DNA of 64,000 nucleotides, from assembly GCF_006345805.1 (NCBI RefSeq), contig NC_042998.1, positions 103,850,001-103,914,000 on the forward strand. The letters run 5' to 3'. Origin of the DNA: Octopus sinensis (taxonomy: Eukaryota). Positions within the stretch are counted from its first letter, which is position 1. Each line of letters begins with the position of its first letter. The notes beneath the pieces were generated by a model. The model was given only the letters and a program-made list of their open reading frames with translations, had not been told where the DNA came from and did not search any database. A program made the translations under genes and the position numbers. Shown here one piece after another: positions 28,163 through 41,479 of this stretch.

Positions 28163-30516
28163 ATAGCAATAGTAAACTATCGACGTCCGAAACATTACCC
28201 ACTTGATCTGACAAATATAATAGCTTAATTTCCCTCAAACTACAAAGTAACAACGGATCATTGTATAATGTAGCCCAAGATACAATACCTAAAAATGAAA
28301 AGGAGTGGTCATGACTGGAACGTTTTATAGTAATTTGTTGGATGAAATATGATGGTAACTACAACAATAGAAGAACAAAGAATTATAACAAAATCATTTA
28401 GTCTACTAATATCTATCAATTGCTTCATATTCCTCTCTACACACACTCATAATCACGCTCACACATTCACACTCGCACACATACATACACACATAAAGCA
28501 TCTCTATGTATGCATTTGCAATAAGGATAATAATTATATTTTATGCTTTTATGAATATATACGCCTACGAGCTAGCTTGCAATGCCATTATGAAAGAAAA
28601 TGACAACGACGCTAGAAACTTAAGAGTAGTACAAATGAAAACAATTCTATATTTCAATTATCATAGAAATGATTCAATGATCTATAAATCAAAAGCATGT
28701 CGCTAGAAGTTATCGATTAAAACATCAATATCAAATGATTATGCGAGACCAAACATTGTTCTACTGGCCAGCAAGAATAGCCATCGAAATGTAGCAGAAA
28801 TCATAGATTACCAAGTTATTGTCTACAGAAAAGTTAATGAGAAGCATGTAAATTTTATAAAGAAATTATTGACAGATATTTTGTCTGAAGTTTCTGCGTC
28901 ATTCTCCTTTGTTTCAAGACGCCTTAATACCTATTTTAAAAAGTCTAGTTTCAAAATTACGGAAAATGTTGGTTAAATTTATCAATGGAACTTCATTCTG
29001 TTGGTTTGATTCTGAAATTAGCATTTTATTCTTTTTCTTGTTTTAGGATCTCAATTTAGTTATTTTGCCATTGCCTACAATTGTACGACCAATTAAACCC
29101 CAGGCTCTCAATTTTTGATTAGTATTTAATTTAATCGAGCACAGAAAGTTGAACAATAAAGTTGATCTGGACAAAATTTTAAAATGAGAACGTAACAAGG
29201 TGCAATGCACGACGAAATCTTCAATCTACCAACCTAAAACTGAAAAATCCTGCTAGAACTCGCCCCATCGCATCTTAATCACTATAGTATGCTCTCGCCA
29301 CTACATGATTACTATGATTTCAATTATACGATTGCGCCCAAAAGTTATGTTTCTGCTTCTAATTGTAGTCTATATCACAAAAACATTTTCATATGTATAC
29401 AGAGCGGTATTAGATCCAGTTTTTAAATATATATATTTACTGCTCATGAATATTAAAAGTGAGTGACAAATAGGTGTTATAAAGGTCTTACCTTTCACAT
29501 AGGCATGAATAGCAGAAGTGAGAATAGAAATGTGAGAGAGAAAAAACACAGACTGAAAAGTTAAAATAGCAGGAACAAAGGGTAACGGTTTGCTACTCTG
29601 ATTAGGCTATCACATGTTAGATATTAAAGCTGTACGAAGACAGATCAGAGCACAGTAATTAACACAGTAACAAAGACGGGTTTAGCAGAACTCAGAGGAG
29701 GATTAATATAGGAACTTGGAGAGAAGACCAAGAACATTCGACTCCTTTGCTCCTTGAAAGAGGTGAAAAGGAGAGGAGTGGTCTAGTGAAAACCCTTATG
29801 CAACTGAGTAGAAATGAACAGAGACTATTGTAGAAGCGATTTCACAGACAAAAGGAGAAGGAAAGAGGAGAAAATCATATATGTAAGCAAGTGGTTGAGC
29901 AAGATTGTGAGGGAAATGAACGTGAATCTTTGTCAGACCATTGAAAAGTTTTCTTTTCACAGTCTAACATGTCTGCCTAAGCAACAAGCAGTAGCAGCAC
30001 CGTCCCAGATATGTTAGCAAATACTCCACAAGTATAATATGTACCCAGTGCGAAATATGAAACTTAAATTTGATAATCAAGTATTTAAGTGTGGCAATAG
30101 TGCCTCTAAAGTGTAATAACATCAAGATATATGGCATATGATAAGAGGTCTTTGGGTACATTAATGTTTCTACGATTTTTCAACTTTTTATATTTGCTTT
30201 TCTTTTCTTGACTTTCACGAACATTTATGAGTTTATGTACAGTTTACCTTATATTGCCTTCGTATGTGTGTACGTGTATGTGTGTGAATGAGTGTATTGG
30301 GAAACAAGCGAAAGACAAAATAAAAACATAAGGGTTAGAAACACGCGCATGCACACCTCTACATATACACATTCAGGCACATCTCTCATACATACATTCA
30401 CATAAGCTCGCATATATACATATACATGTATGTATGTATGTATGTATGTATGTATGTATGTATGTATACGTTTGTGTATATATATATATGTAAACACAGG
30501 CATGAATGCAGGTACG

Positions 30517-30568
<52 letters not shown>

Positions 30569-31135
30569 ATATTATATATATGTGTGTGTGTGTGTGTGTG
30601 TGGTGTGTGTGTGTATATATGTATGTATATATATCCACACATACATGCATGCATATGCATGTGTGTGAATGAGTGTGTCTGTGTATGTGTGTAGGTATAT
30701 GCTACTCGGCAAGCCAACTTACAACAATAAAACATAATATTGTATATAACAAATAAAAAGAAAAGGAAACAAAAGAATAAATTTTTTTAAAAGAAAAATA
30801 CTGCTGTAGGAACAGCAAAGAAGGTAGGGTCAACCACAAAGATTGAGAAAGATAAATATGTGCAGAGAGGAAGAAGACATGGGCTGCCATTTATACCGTA
30901 TATAAATTGCGAAGCAAACTTGGTTCGCCTCTCCCGGTAATCATTACCGCCTGTTTTAAGTCGCCTATCATCGCTAGATGAAAGAGTTTTTATTGCGTCT
31001 TATCAAATTATTTTTATCACCCTTCACTGCTTAAATTACCACATTAATCGTGATTTACGTTGATGTTCCAATGTGTGTGCGTGTGTGTATAAGAGAAAGA
31101 CAGAGAGTGAGAGAGAGAGTGTGGTGTGCGCGCGC

Positions 31136-31169
<34 letters not shown>

Positions 31170-31186
31170 GCGCGCGCACACACACA

Positions 31187-31238
<52 letters not shown>

Positions 31239-31256
31239 ACATATACATATATACAC

Positions 31257-31287
<31 letters not shown>

Positions 31288-31340
31288 TCTATATCTATAT
31301 CTATATATATATACATATACATATATACACATATACATAT

Positions 31341-31379
<39 letters not shown>

Positions 31380-31499
31380 TGAAAGAATATGTGTGTAAGA
31401 GAAAGTAGAAAGTGATAAACGCAGGCGAAATTTGATTGTCAAATATGAAGATATACATACATACAAACATATATACATATATATATATATTCAAAGAGG

Positions 31500-31545
<46 letters not shown>

Positions 31546-32019
31546 TGACAATATACGTACGTATGCATGTATATGTATGTGTCTGCCGACATGTTAACCT
31601 TATTACAAATGCATAAATACTGAAGCTATTAAGTATATACATGGCAAGACACACACATACCAAACACAAGTGTGCACGCTCACCGTCTCCCTCCTTCCTT
31701 CTCTCTCTCTCTCTCTCGCACACACATACATTCACACACAGACACACACACACACACACATACACACACACACACATTTAAATATACGTAGGATGACCGC
31801 TAAAAATTCCCACTGTGATTACTCAGACTACGCCGTATGTTCTTTAAAAAATCTGAGACATGTTGTTAATTTTCAACTGCTTCCAAATATATAAGCCCCA
31901 ATACATTATATAGTTTTTATCTGGCATGTACCTAAATATATACATTTGATGAGCCTTACTTCGCTAAAATTTACCACCAAATAGCAGAGATTTTAAAAGA
32001 GCATTATAACATGTTGCAT

Positions 32020-33150
32020 CATATTCGTGGTCTGATTTGTGTTGGCCACGATCCGAATACTGGCGATATCTGTTCAGGGGACCACAATCTGATGGACCCT
32101 CAGCTAGTTTTAAAATGATGGCCGTTGGGATAGCATGTCGTTATGAAATTCAGATCAGAAAAATCTGAGAGGTTAATGCTCCTGGAAAGAGGTTTGACCA
32201 ATAATAACGTCAGCATTCAATGGTCTGCCATTTCTACAATTCTGGGGGAAAAGAATCCAGTGGATTGGAGGGAGTTATAAATGTGTCCTGAAATACCAAA
32301 TAAAGTAATCCCTGACTAAAAAACTGCTCCAGGACAGTTGAAAGGTTAAATTTTGGTGCTTCCTGTACAGAAACATACTTAAATTGCATTAACAATTCTT
32401 GCTTTATATAGAGAATATGCAGTAAATTCTTTCGAAGGTGGCTGGGCGTTTACCCAAATTTCAACTCAGTAAACCTATACAATATAACATCTCAATTCTG
32501 TTTACCAGTTTCATCTGTATCGGAAGAGCTCAAGATCATTGAGGTAAAAGCAGTGGGAGCATTGTTACTGAGGATGAGAAAGCTAAATATACAAATAAGT
32601 CTATACAGAGCAGCAGGAAGTGGCAGCTCCAGAAAGCTTTGCAGGAATCGGTAACATATTGGAAGAACCAGAAGATCGATGAACAAGTCTGTCAAAGTCC
32701 TCAATTTGGCAACTACAGCACAAAAAGATGGGACAAATTTAATGCATGGGACAAAAGAGAGCTCATGGGGCAGAGGAAAATTACCAGGTAAAGTGGGATT
32801 ACTTGCCTGCGAGTGTAGAAGTGTATGTTTGTCTGGAAGTTCTAGGAATGTACATTTTTCTCTTTGGCTTTGCTCTCATCGAATATTTAAAGTTTGATTT
32901 GTTGAGAAAATTCAGAAAAGAGAGGGTGATGCTCTGCTCCATTTAATTTATTGCATTGAAATATGAGCAAAAGGGCAAGAGCTGACAAGGCCGCTCTAAT
33001 TTCTAATTTTGTGCTTGTAGATCGGAGAACAGCTGAGGAGAGCACTTGCTTTTGTGTTCAAGGTGACCTTAGAACTTTAGGATCATTTCTCGCATTTTTC
33101 CGGATAAATGTTCTCTTGTAGCAGAAAGAGCTGCATCATCATTAATTATT
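32020..33150 (+). pseudogene. Decayed intronless coding-like region, product unknown
   Basis: Protein-like peptides in successive plus frames broken by stops and frameshifts, including an 82-codon stop-free stretch at 32543-32788; non-repetitive sequence in a repeat-rich context. Confidence 0.4.
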
Positions 33151-34440
33151 TGTAACACACATATGCATATATTTCATATTCTTTTCCTTATTTATATGAT
33201 TTTCTCTGTAAACCTCAATAGCATAACATTAAAACAAACCTTACCCATAGATAACATACGTGTAAATCGAGCACTTAAATAATGCGTCTTCAAATCAAAT
33301 ACAATATTGTGTGTGTGTGTGCATACATACATACATGCATACATACATGTATATATACATACGTACTTGCATGCTTAAATTCATATATGTAAGCGTGCGT
33401 GTATGTATATGTATATGAAGATATATATGCATCTATATGTATATATGACTATATATATATGAGTGTGTATCAAATTACGAATTATGTTCAAAATAGAAAT
33501 GCCTATGCTACATTGGATATACATTCGATCAGCTATTCTTGGTAGTTCTATATAACTAATTAAAAATTAAGTATAACTATGACAAAAAGTCTGTAAAAGA
33601 AATGAAGAGAAAAGGGAAATCCAAACTGAATATATACACACACACATACACACATGTCAAAACACACATACGCACAGACGAAGACACATATACACATATA
33701 TAGAGAGAGTGTGTGTATATGTATGTGTGCGTAGTGAAGAAATGTAAAAAGGGAAAGTAGCTTGGACGAGAGAAAGACAAAGAACCATAGAATGAGAAAA
33801 GGAGTGGGGCCCAAATGTGTGATATAGCTGTTGTCAGACTTGTTGATGTATTCCTTCTTTATTTAGACAGAGGATTGAGTACATGTCTTAATAGGTCAGA
33901 AGTTTTACTTAATGTTTTAGTAATGTACTTGAAGCTAAAGGTGCATGCTAAGGTCATATGTCAGAAGGTCAAGAGATCGCAGTTCCTCATTGAAGAATGA
34001 TGACAGAAAGAAAGTGAGAAAGAGAGAGTGAGGGAGTGTGTGTGTGAGAGAGAGAGAGACTTTCATGATGCCTCGGGATAACCAAAAAGAGATTTGAAAA
34101 GACATGTAAGATGATGCCGTCACAGGTTGTATACTGCCGACGGTAGTGAAATCCTCGTATTAGTAGCAAGGGTGGAGGTGAGAAGAATCGTAAGAAGAAA
34201 GATGTTGACAAGTCTTCTGCTTACTTTATTACTTTCAGTAGTCTCACTTTAATTTATGCAAACCTCTCAAACACTGTGTTGCAACATACATACAGATGAA
34301 CTGAGCATGTACGAATATCTGATGTTTTCCCCAATCTCGCTCTCTCTCTCTCTCTCCCGCGTTTTATCTTTCTCTCTCCCCTTCTCTCTGACGTCTGTCT
34401 GTCTCTCTCTCTCTCTCTCTCCTCTCTCTCTCCTCTATAT

Positions 34441-34483
<43 letters not shown>

Positions 34484-34607
34484 CACACATATATGTCACA
34501 CACCCTGTAGGCACACCTATTAATATGGAAGACCGATGAGAATGGGAAATGTAATCGGACTAAGTTAGTGTGGTTTGAAATATCCCCAGTACTTCGTGTG
34601 AATGAGC

Positions 34608-34642
<35 letters not shown>

Positions 34643-34668
34643 ACTCTCACTCTGTTTCTCTCTCTCCC

Positions 34669-34705
<37 letters not shown>

Positions 34706-34790
34706 AGTGAGAGTGTGTGTGTGCATGTATATATATCGCTATATAGATAAATGTGTATGTATATGTGTGTGTATGTAAGTATGTATGTGC

Positions 34791-34821
<31 letters not shown>

Positions 34822-35816
34822 TGTATGTATGTATGTATGTGTGGATGTATGTATGTATGTATGTATACAATACTAATTGTCCACACAAGTAGAAGTTTAA
34901 AGGAAATAAAAAAAAGTTGAAATTGTAATGAGAGTGTATGAGAAAGTTCTTTATATTAATAATTGTTAATTAATTTTCATAGTTATATGATCTTTTAAAA
35001 GTGTAAGATTTAAGGGACGTGGAACAGTGTAGCAAAGAAAATGTTGTTCTAGGATTTTTTTTTTCTTTTTATAAAAATGAAAGAATTTTTGCAGGTCGGC
35101 TGGTAATGTTATTTTTTACTACAGAGCTCTACGTCCTTGAAATCTAAAGCTTTCGAAAATCTATCAAAAGTGAAACCAATTATATTTATTAATATTGATA
35201 TTAATAAATTTTCCTATACACTCTCGCTGCTTTTTCACTCCTCTTCCTTCCAATATAAATTCATATGCAGGCAAGAGAATATATTATTACCAATACACCT
35301 GGTGTTAACTCACATCCGGTACCGTTACAGGTGCGGCAGACATTAGTGTAAATACCGCATACTTGATACGAGGCCAGATGCAAGCAAAATCGCTGTCTAT
35401 GACTATATACAAAATGGTGTAAGAACCGTGTGCTGGAGTGTCCCAATGTTTCGTACCACGGAAAAAATTCAAATATGAATGAGAAGCAGCCGAAGGATAT
35501 AAACAATATCGAACACACATACACAACCTATGTTTTTTGTCAGTTCATAGGCAGGCTGCAATTTATAGGCATACGAGAATATATTTTTATCAGTTCGCCC
35601 GGTGTTAAGACATCTTCAAGTCATAGACAAGCGACATAACTCGCATCTGGTCCCATTACAGAAGCAGCTATTTTTATGACTTGTCAATATAGCTTACCCA
35701 CTCTTGTATGATTTCTAGTTGTTTTAATACCAGGCGAATTGATGAGAGTCTATTTTCTTACGGCTATAAATCAAAGCCTTCTAAAGAACTGGCAAAACAC
35801 ATGCCTTGTGTAGATG

Positions 35817-35860
<44 letters not shown>

Positions 35861-36036
35861 TATATATACACACATACACATGTTTTTAAAATCTTAGGGA
35901 ATAATAAGTATTCCAGGTTATCAGGACATTTATTATTTTATATTTTACTGATGCAATGTGAACAGTATCATTTATAATATTATTATAAATTTGGGATTTG
36001 CGGTTCTATTGGTAAAGTCCCAAATTTGTAATTATA

Positions 36037-36074
<38 letters not shown>

Positions 36075-36242
36075 TGAGTAGTTGAATGAATTATCTTATT
36101 AAGGATAATTCGAATTAACCGATACCTGGTAGCAAATATTACTACTCCTTATTCCTTCGCAATTGGGAATATGCAGCTTTCGAAACATATGTTGAAAATA
36201 AAGGAATTTTGTTAATTCGTCGTTCAGCTCCATTCTTTCATA

Positions 36243-36321
<79 letters not shown>

Positions 36322-36344
36322 ATATAATAGCCAGTTGAGGTGCG

Positions 36345-37200
36345 GGATCTATTCCTTTTGAACGGCACTTTGTAACATAATTTCTAGGTAACTAAACACT
36401 TTTAAACTTCATATACTGGTAGAATGTGTTTATAAAACATTTTTTCTTGGCTTTATTGAGAAAATTCTATATGTTGTAACCTATTTCGTCTTTAATTTCG
36501 AGCATTTTGGCAATTTTAACCAATCGATTACCTCCATTTAGGTAAACAACATTCTGTGCATAATGAATATGTCCCTCCTTTAAGAAACAGATTGGGTTTA
36601 TTTACATTTGTGAAGAAAAAAGATACCCTTCCCCAACCCCTAGCCCTAACCCTAACTAACCCTAACTAACCCTAACCCTAAATCTAAAATAGATTGAAAT
36701 GCAATAGATCGATACTAGGGCCATAATTATGGGTACATTTTCATTTGACACCGCTAGAAAAAAATCCCATTTTCCGTAGCGGTGTCGTATGAAATTGTCA
36801 CCCACAATTATAACCCTAGTGTCGATATATTGCATTTCAATCTATTTTAGATTTAGGGTGAGAGTTAGGGTTAGTTAGGGTTAAAGTTAGAGTTAGGGTT
36901 AGGGGTGGGGGAAGGGTATCTTTTTTCTTCACAAATGTAAATAAACCCAATCTGCTTCTTAAAAGAGGGACATATTCATTATGCACAGAATGTTGTTTAC
37001 CTAAATGGAGGTAATCGATTGGTTAAAATTGCCGAAATGCTCGAAATTAAGGACGAAATAGGTTACAACATATAGAATTTTCTCAATAAAGCCAAGAAAA
37101 AATGATGTTTTATAAACACATTCTACCAGTATATGAAGTTTAAAAGTGTTTAGTTAACTAGAAATTGTGTTGAAAAGTACCGTTCAAAAGGAAACGATCC
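36345..37200. mobile_element. Foldback/long-TIR element (856-bp near-perfect palindrome)
   Basis: Arms 36345-36756 and 36777-37200 are reverse complements with scattered mismatches; 20-nt spacer; GGATC...GATCC termini; flanks gaggtgcg / gaggtctg (6/8, candidate 8-bp TSD). Confidence 0.9.
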
Positions 37201-37441
37201 GAGGTCTGTTCAAAGAAGAAGCTATAGATGTTGTAGCTCGGAAATCTAAATTTACTTAAGGAGACAGCAACTGAGTATCGCCTGAGGAGATACATATAGA
37301 TCTTCTTATACAGGTAAATCGTTACATAATTTAATTTAAACTCAACTTTAAATCCTGTATATACGAGGATCTGTATGTATCGAAACACTTGTACCGATTA
37401 AAAAGCTGCCTAAACGTACTTACTCTTCCTTTTGACTCTTC

Positions 37442-37485
<44 letters not shown>

Positions 37486-37823
37486 TATATATTCTATTTA
37501 TATATATATATTCAACAATGATTAGTAAATCCACGAAACCGGAATGCTTTCGAATCTCTTTAACAATTCACAATAATGACTTTTATTACTTTTATTCCTA
37601 CCTCAGTTCATATTATGTGCTGCTAATCTTGATATGAGATCACCATTTCGCACACATATAGTTGTGATACATGTACCTAGTGTACCCTTATCAGACAGGT
37701 AGTCATGATGGGTATACTGGGCTTCGTATATTTTAACCCAGTGTCACTTTGATGGCATGCACTGCTCTCTCACTCAATAATAATAATAATAACGAGGAGG
37801 AGGAGGAGGAGGATAATGATAAC

Positions 37824-37907
<84 letters not shown>

Positions 37908-37909
<2 letters not shown>

Positions 37910-38076
37910 AATCCCATGCGACTTCTTAATGCAACTGGAAACCCCATGCAAGATTGATGTCTTGCAAAAAGCGGCCTTATTGGACACACTGCACATCTTA
38001 ACGAAAGTATTATCTTGTGATTTGACAGATGTCTAAAGACTCCGGTGCATTCTTACCTACACTGTGTTAAGAAGAA
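37908..38076 (+). mobile_element. R4/Dong-type LINE 3' end
   Basis: EIPCDFLMQLETPCKIDVLQKAALLDTLHILTKVLS resembles the C-terminus of RLE-type LINE ORFs; preceded by (AAT)n. Confidence 0.7.
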
Positions 38077-38078
38077 AG

Positions 38079-38729
38079 CTGTCAACACCTGGGCGGTTTC
38101 ATTCCTTAGATATGGAGCAGGGGTAATCGCATGGAGAGTAGACGAACTAAACAGCTTAGACAGAAAGACAAGGAAGTTGCTAACTTGATATGGTCACCCC
38201 ATCCAAAAAGTGACGCAGACAAACTGTATGTATGAAGAAAAAGAAGGGGAAGAGGACTTATTAGATGAGAACGCAGCATTAGAGCAGAAGAAAACAACAT
38301 AGATTGGTAAGTAGAAAATTCCATAGAGGCGCTATTATTAGAAGTAAGAAGGTCAGGCTTGTGTAGGATGAAAGATTGCAAAGATAAAGCACTATACAAG
38401 AAATTGAAAACGAATAAAACTGAAAATAGGAAGGTAAAGTAAAGAATGCATGGACAATTTCATAGGAATGTTGATGAAACCGTATGGCATATTACCAGTC
38501 AAGGTACGCCACTAGCCCAGAAGGAATATAAGAGACCCCACGATAATATAGCAAGGCTTGTCCATTGGACACTTTGCAACAAGTATAGACTTGACAGAAG
38601 GTAACATCGAAAATGATAATGCAAAGATCTTGTGGGAATTTATGATTCAGTGCGACAATGAGATAGAAAATAGGAAGCCAGACATAATTATTATTATCAT
38701 TATTATTATTATTGTTGTTGTTGTTGTTG

Positions 38730-38760
<31 letters not shown>

Positions 38761-38963
38761 GCTGTAATTATAATAATAATGAAATCCCATGCGACTTCCT
38801 AAGGCAACTGGAAATCCCAGACAAGATTGATGACTTGCAAAGAGCAGCCTTATTGGGCACAGCGCACATCTTAAGGAAAGTATTATCTGACTGAGGTCCT
38901 TGTTGTGACTTGAAACATGACTAAAGAATGCGGTGCACTTTTACCTACACTGTCTTACAAAGG
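38079..38963 (+). mobile_element. Decayed R4/Dong-type LINE (post-RT region, RLE domain, 3' end)
   Basis: RYGAGVIAWRVDELNSLDRKTRKLL, HPKSDADKLYV, MHGQF, ETVWHITS..LAQKEYKRPHDNIARLVHW, ILWEFMIQCDNEIENRKPDI, LQRAALLGTAHILRKVLS; (AAT)n tail at 38964-39056. Confidence 0.85.
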
Positions 38964-38976
38964 AATAATAATAATA

Positions 38977-39056
<80 letters not shown>

Positions 39057-39058
<2 letters not shown>

Positions 39059-39790
39059 CGGAGACTAAAAGTGTTTTTAATTGTGGCACAAGATCAACTC
39101 TATCCACCAGAATCCACGAAAAACACAAACTGAAGACAAATATAATAAGTAACTGCAGAATATATGGCGGTGGGGAAGAAGTAGTAAATCATATTGTGTC
39201 TGGTTGCCCAGACCTAGCCTAGAAGGAATCTATTGACATGAGTGTTGGGACTTACATACACTGGAAGCTGCGGCACCTTTACAGAATGACAACAAGAAAA
39301 GGCATAGAATAGGCATACTCCAGGTTCCAAAAAATGAAAAAGCAATCGTACTCTGGGAATTACCAATACACACAGAGAGATCAAGGCTAAAAAGTCAGAT
39401 ACTGTTAACAGAGCCCAGCAAGAAAATGGCTGCCTGCTAAATGAAATAACAGTCCCAGCAGATGACAATGTATTTGAAAGACAAAGAGAAATTCTCAAAA
39501 TACAAAAGACAAAGATCTTGAAATAGAGAAAAGCTGAATGTGAGACATGGAGATAGAAATAATCGCTATAATAACAAGTGCATTAAGCATGGCTAAAAAG
39601 AAAATACAGGCAAATACATGAAAACACTAGGAACTAAGAATATATATATGACATACTGAAAACAGCACTGCCCAGCACCGCACATTTTCTATGCAAAGAA
39701 CTTGCAATACAGTCATAATAGCAACACTGAAACAAACCACAGCACATACCCAAGGTACATAGAGCTGTGCGCTGCAGTAAAATGAGAGCA
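39057..39790 (+). mobile_element. Decayed R4/Dong-type LINE, second family
   Basis: Broken frames give EEVVNHIVSGCPDLA, IHWKL, NEKAIVLWELPIHT, CLLNEITVPADDNV and KDLEIE (zinc knuckle plus RLE). Confidence 0.75.
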
Positions 39791-40170
39791 CGTAACAAAA
39801 TAGAACAAATGAATGACATTAGTTTACAATTTTTGCAGAAAGTTAGCATTCTCGGTGTTGGCGGATTGAGAGCAAGTCATGTGCATCGACCCCAAGGTTC
39901 AAATTGTACTTACTTCATCGAAACCTCGCTAAGATGAAACACAAAACCAACCTCGACTGAATTTAATCTCATAACGTAAACTTGTAAGAAATACTACTTA
40001 GTGAATATGCAAATAAGGCTCCTATTCCATTATGCCGGCTACAGTCTAATGATACTTACTGGTGAACTAGTTTTGGTGGAGTTGCACCGAGTTGTGCCGA
40101 TATAATGTAGGATAAATATAGGAATAATAACAATAATCATTGGATTGGGTTTATAAATATCTTACTGTAT

Positions 40171-40358
40171 CGCTACGCGCGTTTCCACAAATCACATATC
40201 TCTTAAGATCACAGTCCCTATTCCTGAGATGATCACAGTGTAGTCCGTAGTATCCGTGAGCATCCAATGCCACTGATACAACAGACTACAGTGTAACCAT
40301 CCCAGGAATACGGACTGTGATCTTAAAAGTCATGTGATATGTGGAAACGCGCGTAGCG
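40171..40358. mobile_element. 188-bp palindromic MITE
   Basis: cgctacgcgcgtttccaca...gtagtc is the inverted match of gactac...tgtggaaacgcgcgtagcg; flanks ctgtat / ctgcat. Confidence 0.75.
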
Positions 40359-40462
40359 CTGCATTAGAATAGATAGGGGCAGAGAGTGCTACATATAACA
40401 CTCGAAAGTAACCAACAACGATTGGATACTTCATATAGCTTGCGCAACGAGCATATAAAAAC

Positions 40463-40650
40463 GTTTTTATCCTGGAACAAGGTAAAGAACTTCTCTGAGA
40501 GGCAGGACCTTATAAAAGATCTATGAAATGTAATCTTTGCCTCTCAGAGAAATTCTTCATCTTGTTCCAGGATAAAAACCCTTTGAACCAGCGACGTGAG
40601 CTCTTAAATTCCTGCAGGCACGCCAGAAAATTTAAAATGTCAATCGACAA
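40463..40650 (+). mobile_element. PLE GIY-YIG C-terminal fragment with an adjacent inverted partial copy
   Basis: CNLCLSEKFFILFQDKNPLNQRRELLNSCRHARKFKMS at 40529-40642; 40463-40504 is the inverted match of 40538-40579. Confidence 0.7.
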
Positions 40651-41310
40651 AATACCGTATGGGTAAAATGTTTTGACTTTCGAAATATATTTTTTGACTG
40701 TTGCATTTGAATGTGACTTTACACAGTATAGTTATTTTGCATCGCAACACTAATGTATATTGCGACTTTGTTTTTAAGAAAACCTTCGACTGTTTTATAA
40801 ATTTAATTTTAAGCATAAGATTTTTTATGAATTTATTTTTAAGTATAATTTTCAGCATAACCGAGGTTTATTTTTATTATTTTTATTTCTATCTTTATTT
40901 TTATTTTTCTCACGTATTTAATTATGTTACATCAAATAAATATACAATTTCCTTATTTTATATTTTAATATTATACACACCAAACAGGTATTTAAAAAAA
41001 TTGTTTGCATATATACGTTATGATGTAGATATGTCTCTATATATTTACGTGTATGTATGAATTGTAGGTATTTATATGTATGTATATGCATGTATATGCA
41101 TGTATGTGTGTGTACGTATACATATGCGTGTATGTATGTGTGTGTAAATATATATGTATATATACATATATATACATACATATAAAAATGTGTATATATA
41201 TGTGTGTATACTTCTATATATGTGAGCATGTATTTGCGTACATATTTTTGTATTTTTGTATATTTGATTGCGTATTCATATGATTGTATATTTCTATGTA
41301 TATTTATACT

Positions 41311-41479
41311 TATAGAAATACACTAAGAGGCTTCCAAATAGGAAAGCGTTGTGCTAGAACAGAAAAAAGGGATAAATTCACGAAATGTTTTTAATTTTCA
41401 TTCCTTTCGTGAATTTATCCCTTTTTTGTGTTATAGCACAACACTTTCCTATTTGGAAGCCTCTTATTGTATTTCTATA
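41311..41479. mobile_element. 169-bp palindromic MITE/hairpin
   Basis: 75-bp arms (41311-41385, 41405-41479) with 4 mismatches; TA ends. Confidence 0.75.

Noticed and set aside
36630-36916. Interstitial telomere or chromosome fusion scar
   Set aside because: The repeats are short, degenerate and symmetric internal parts of a foldback element with non-telomeric termini.
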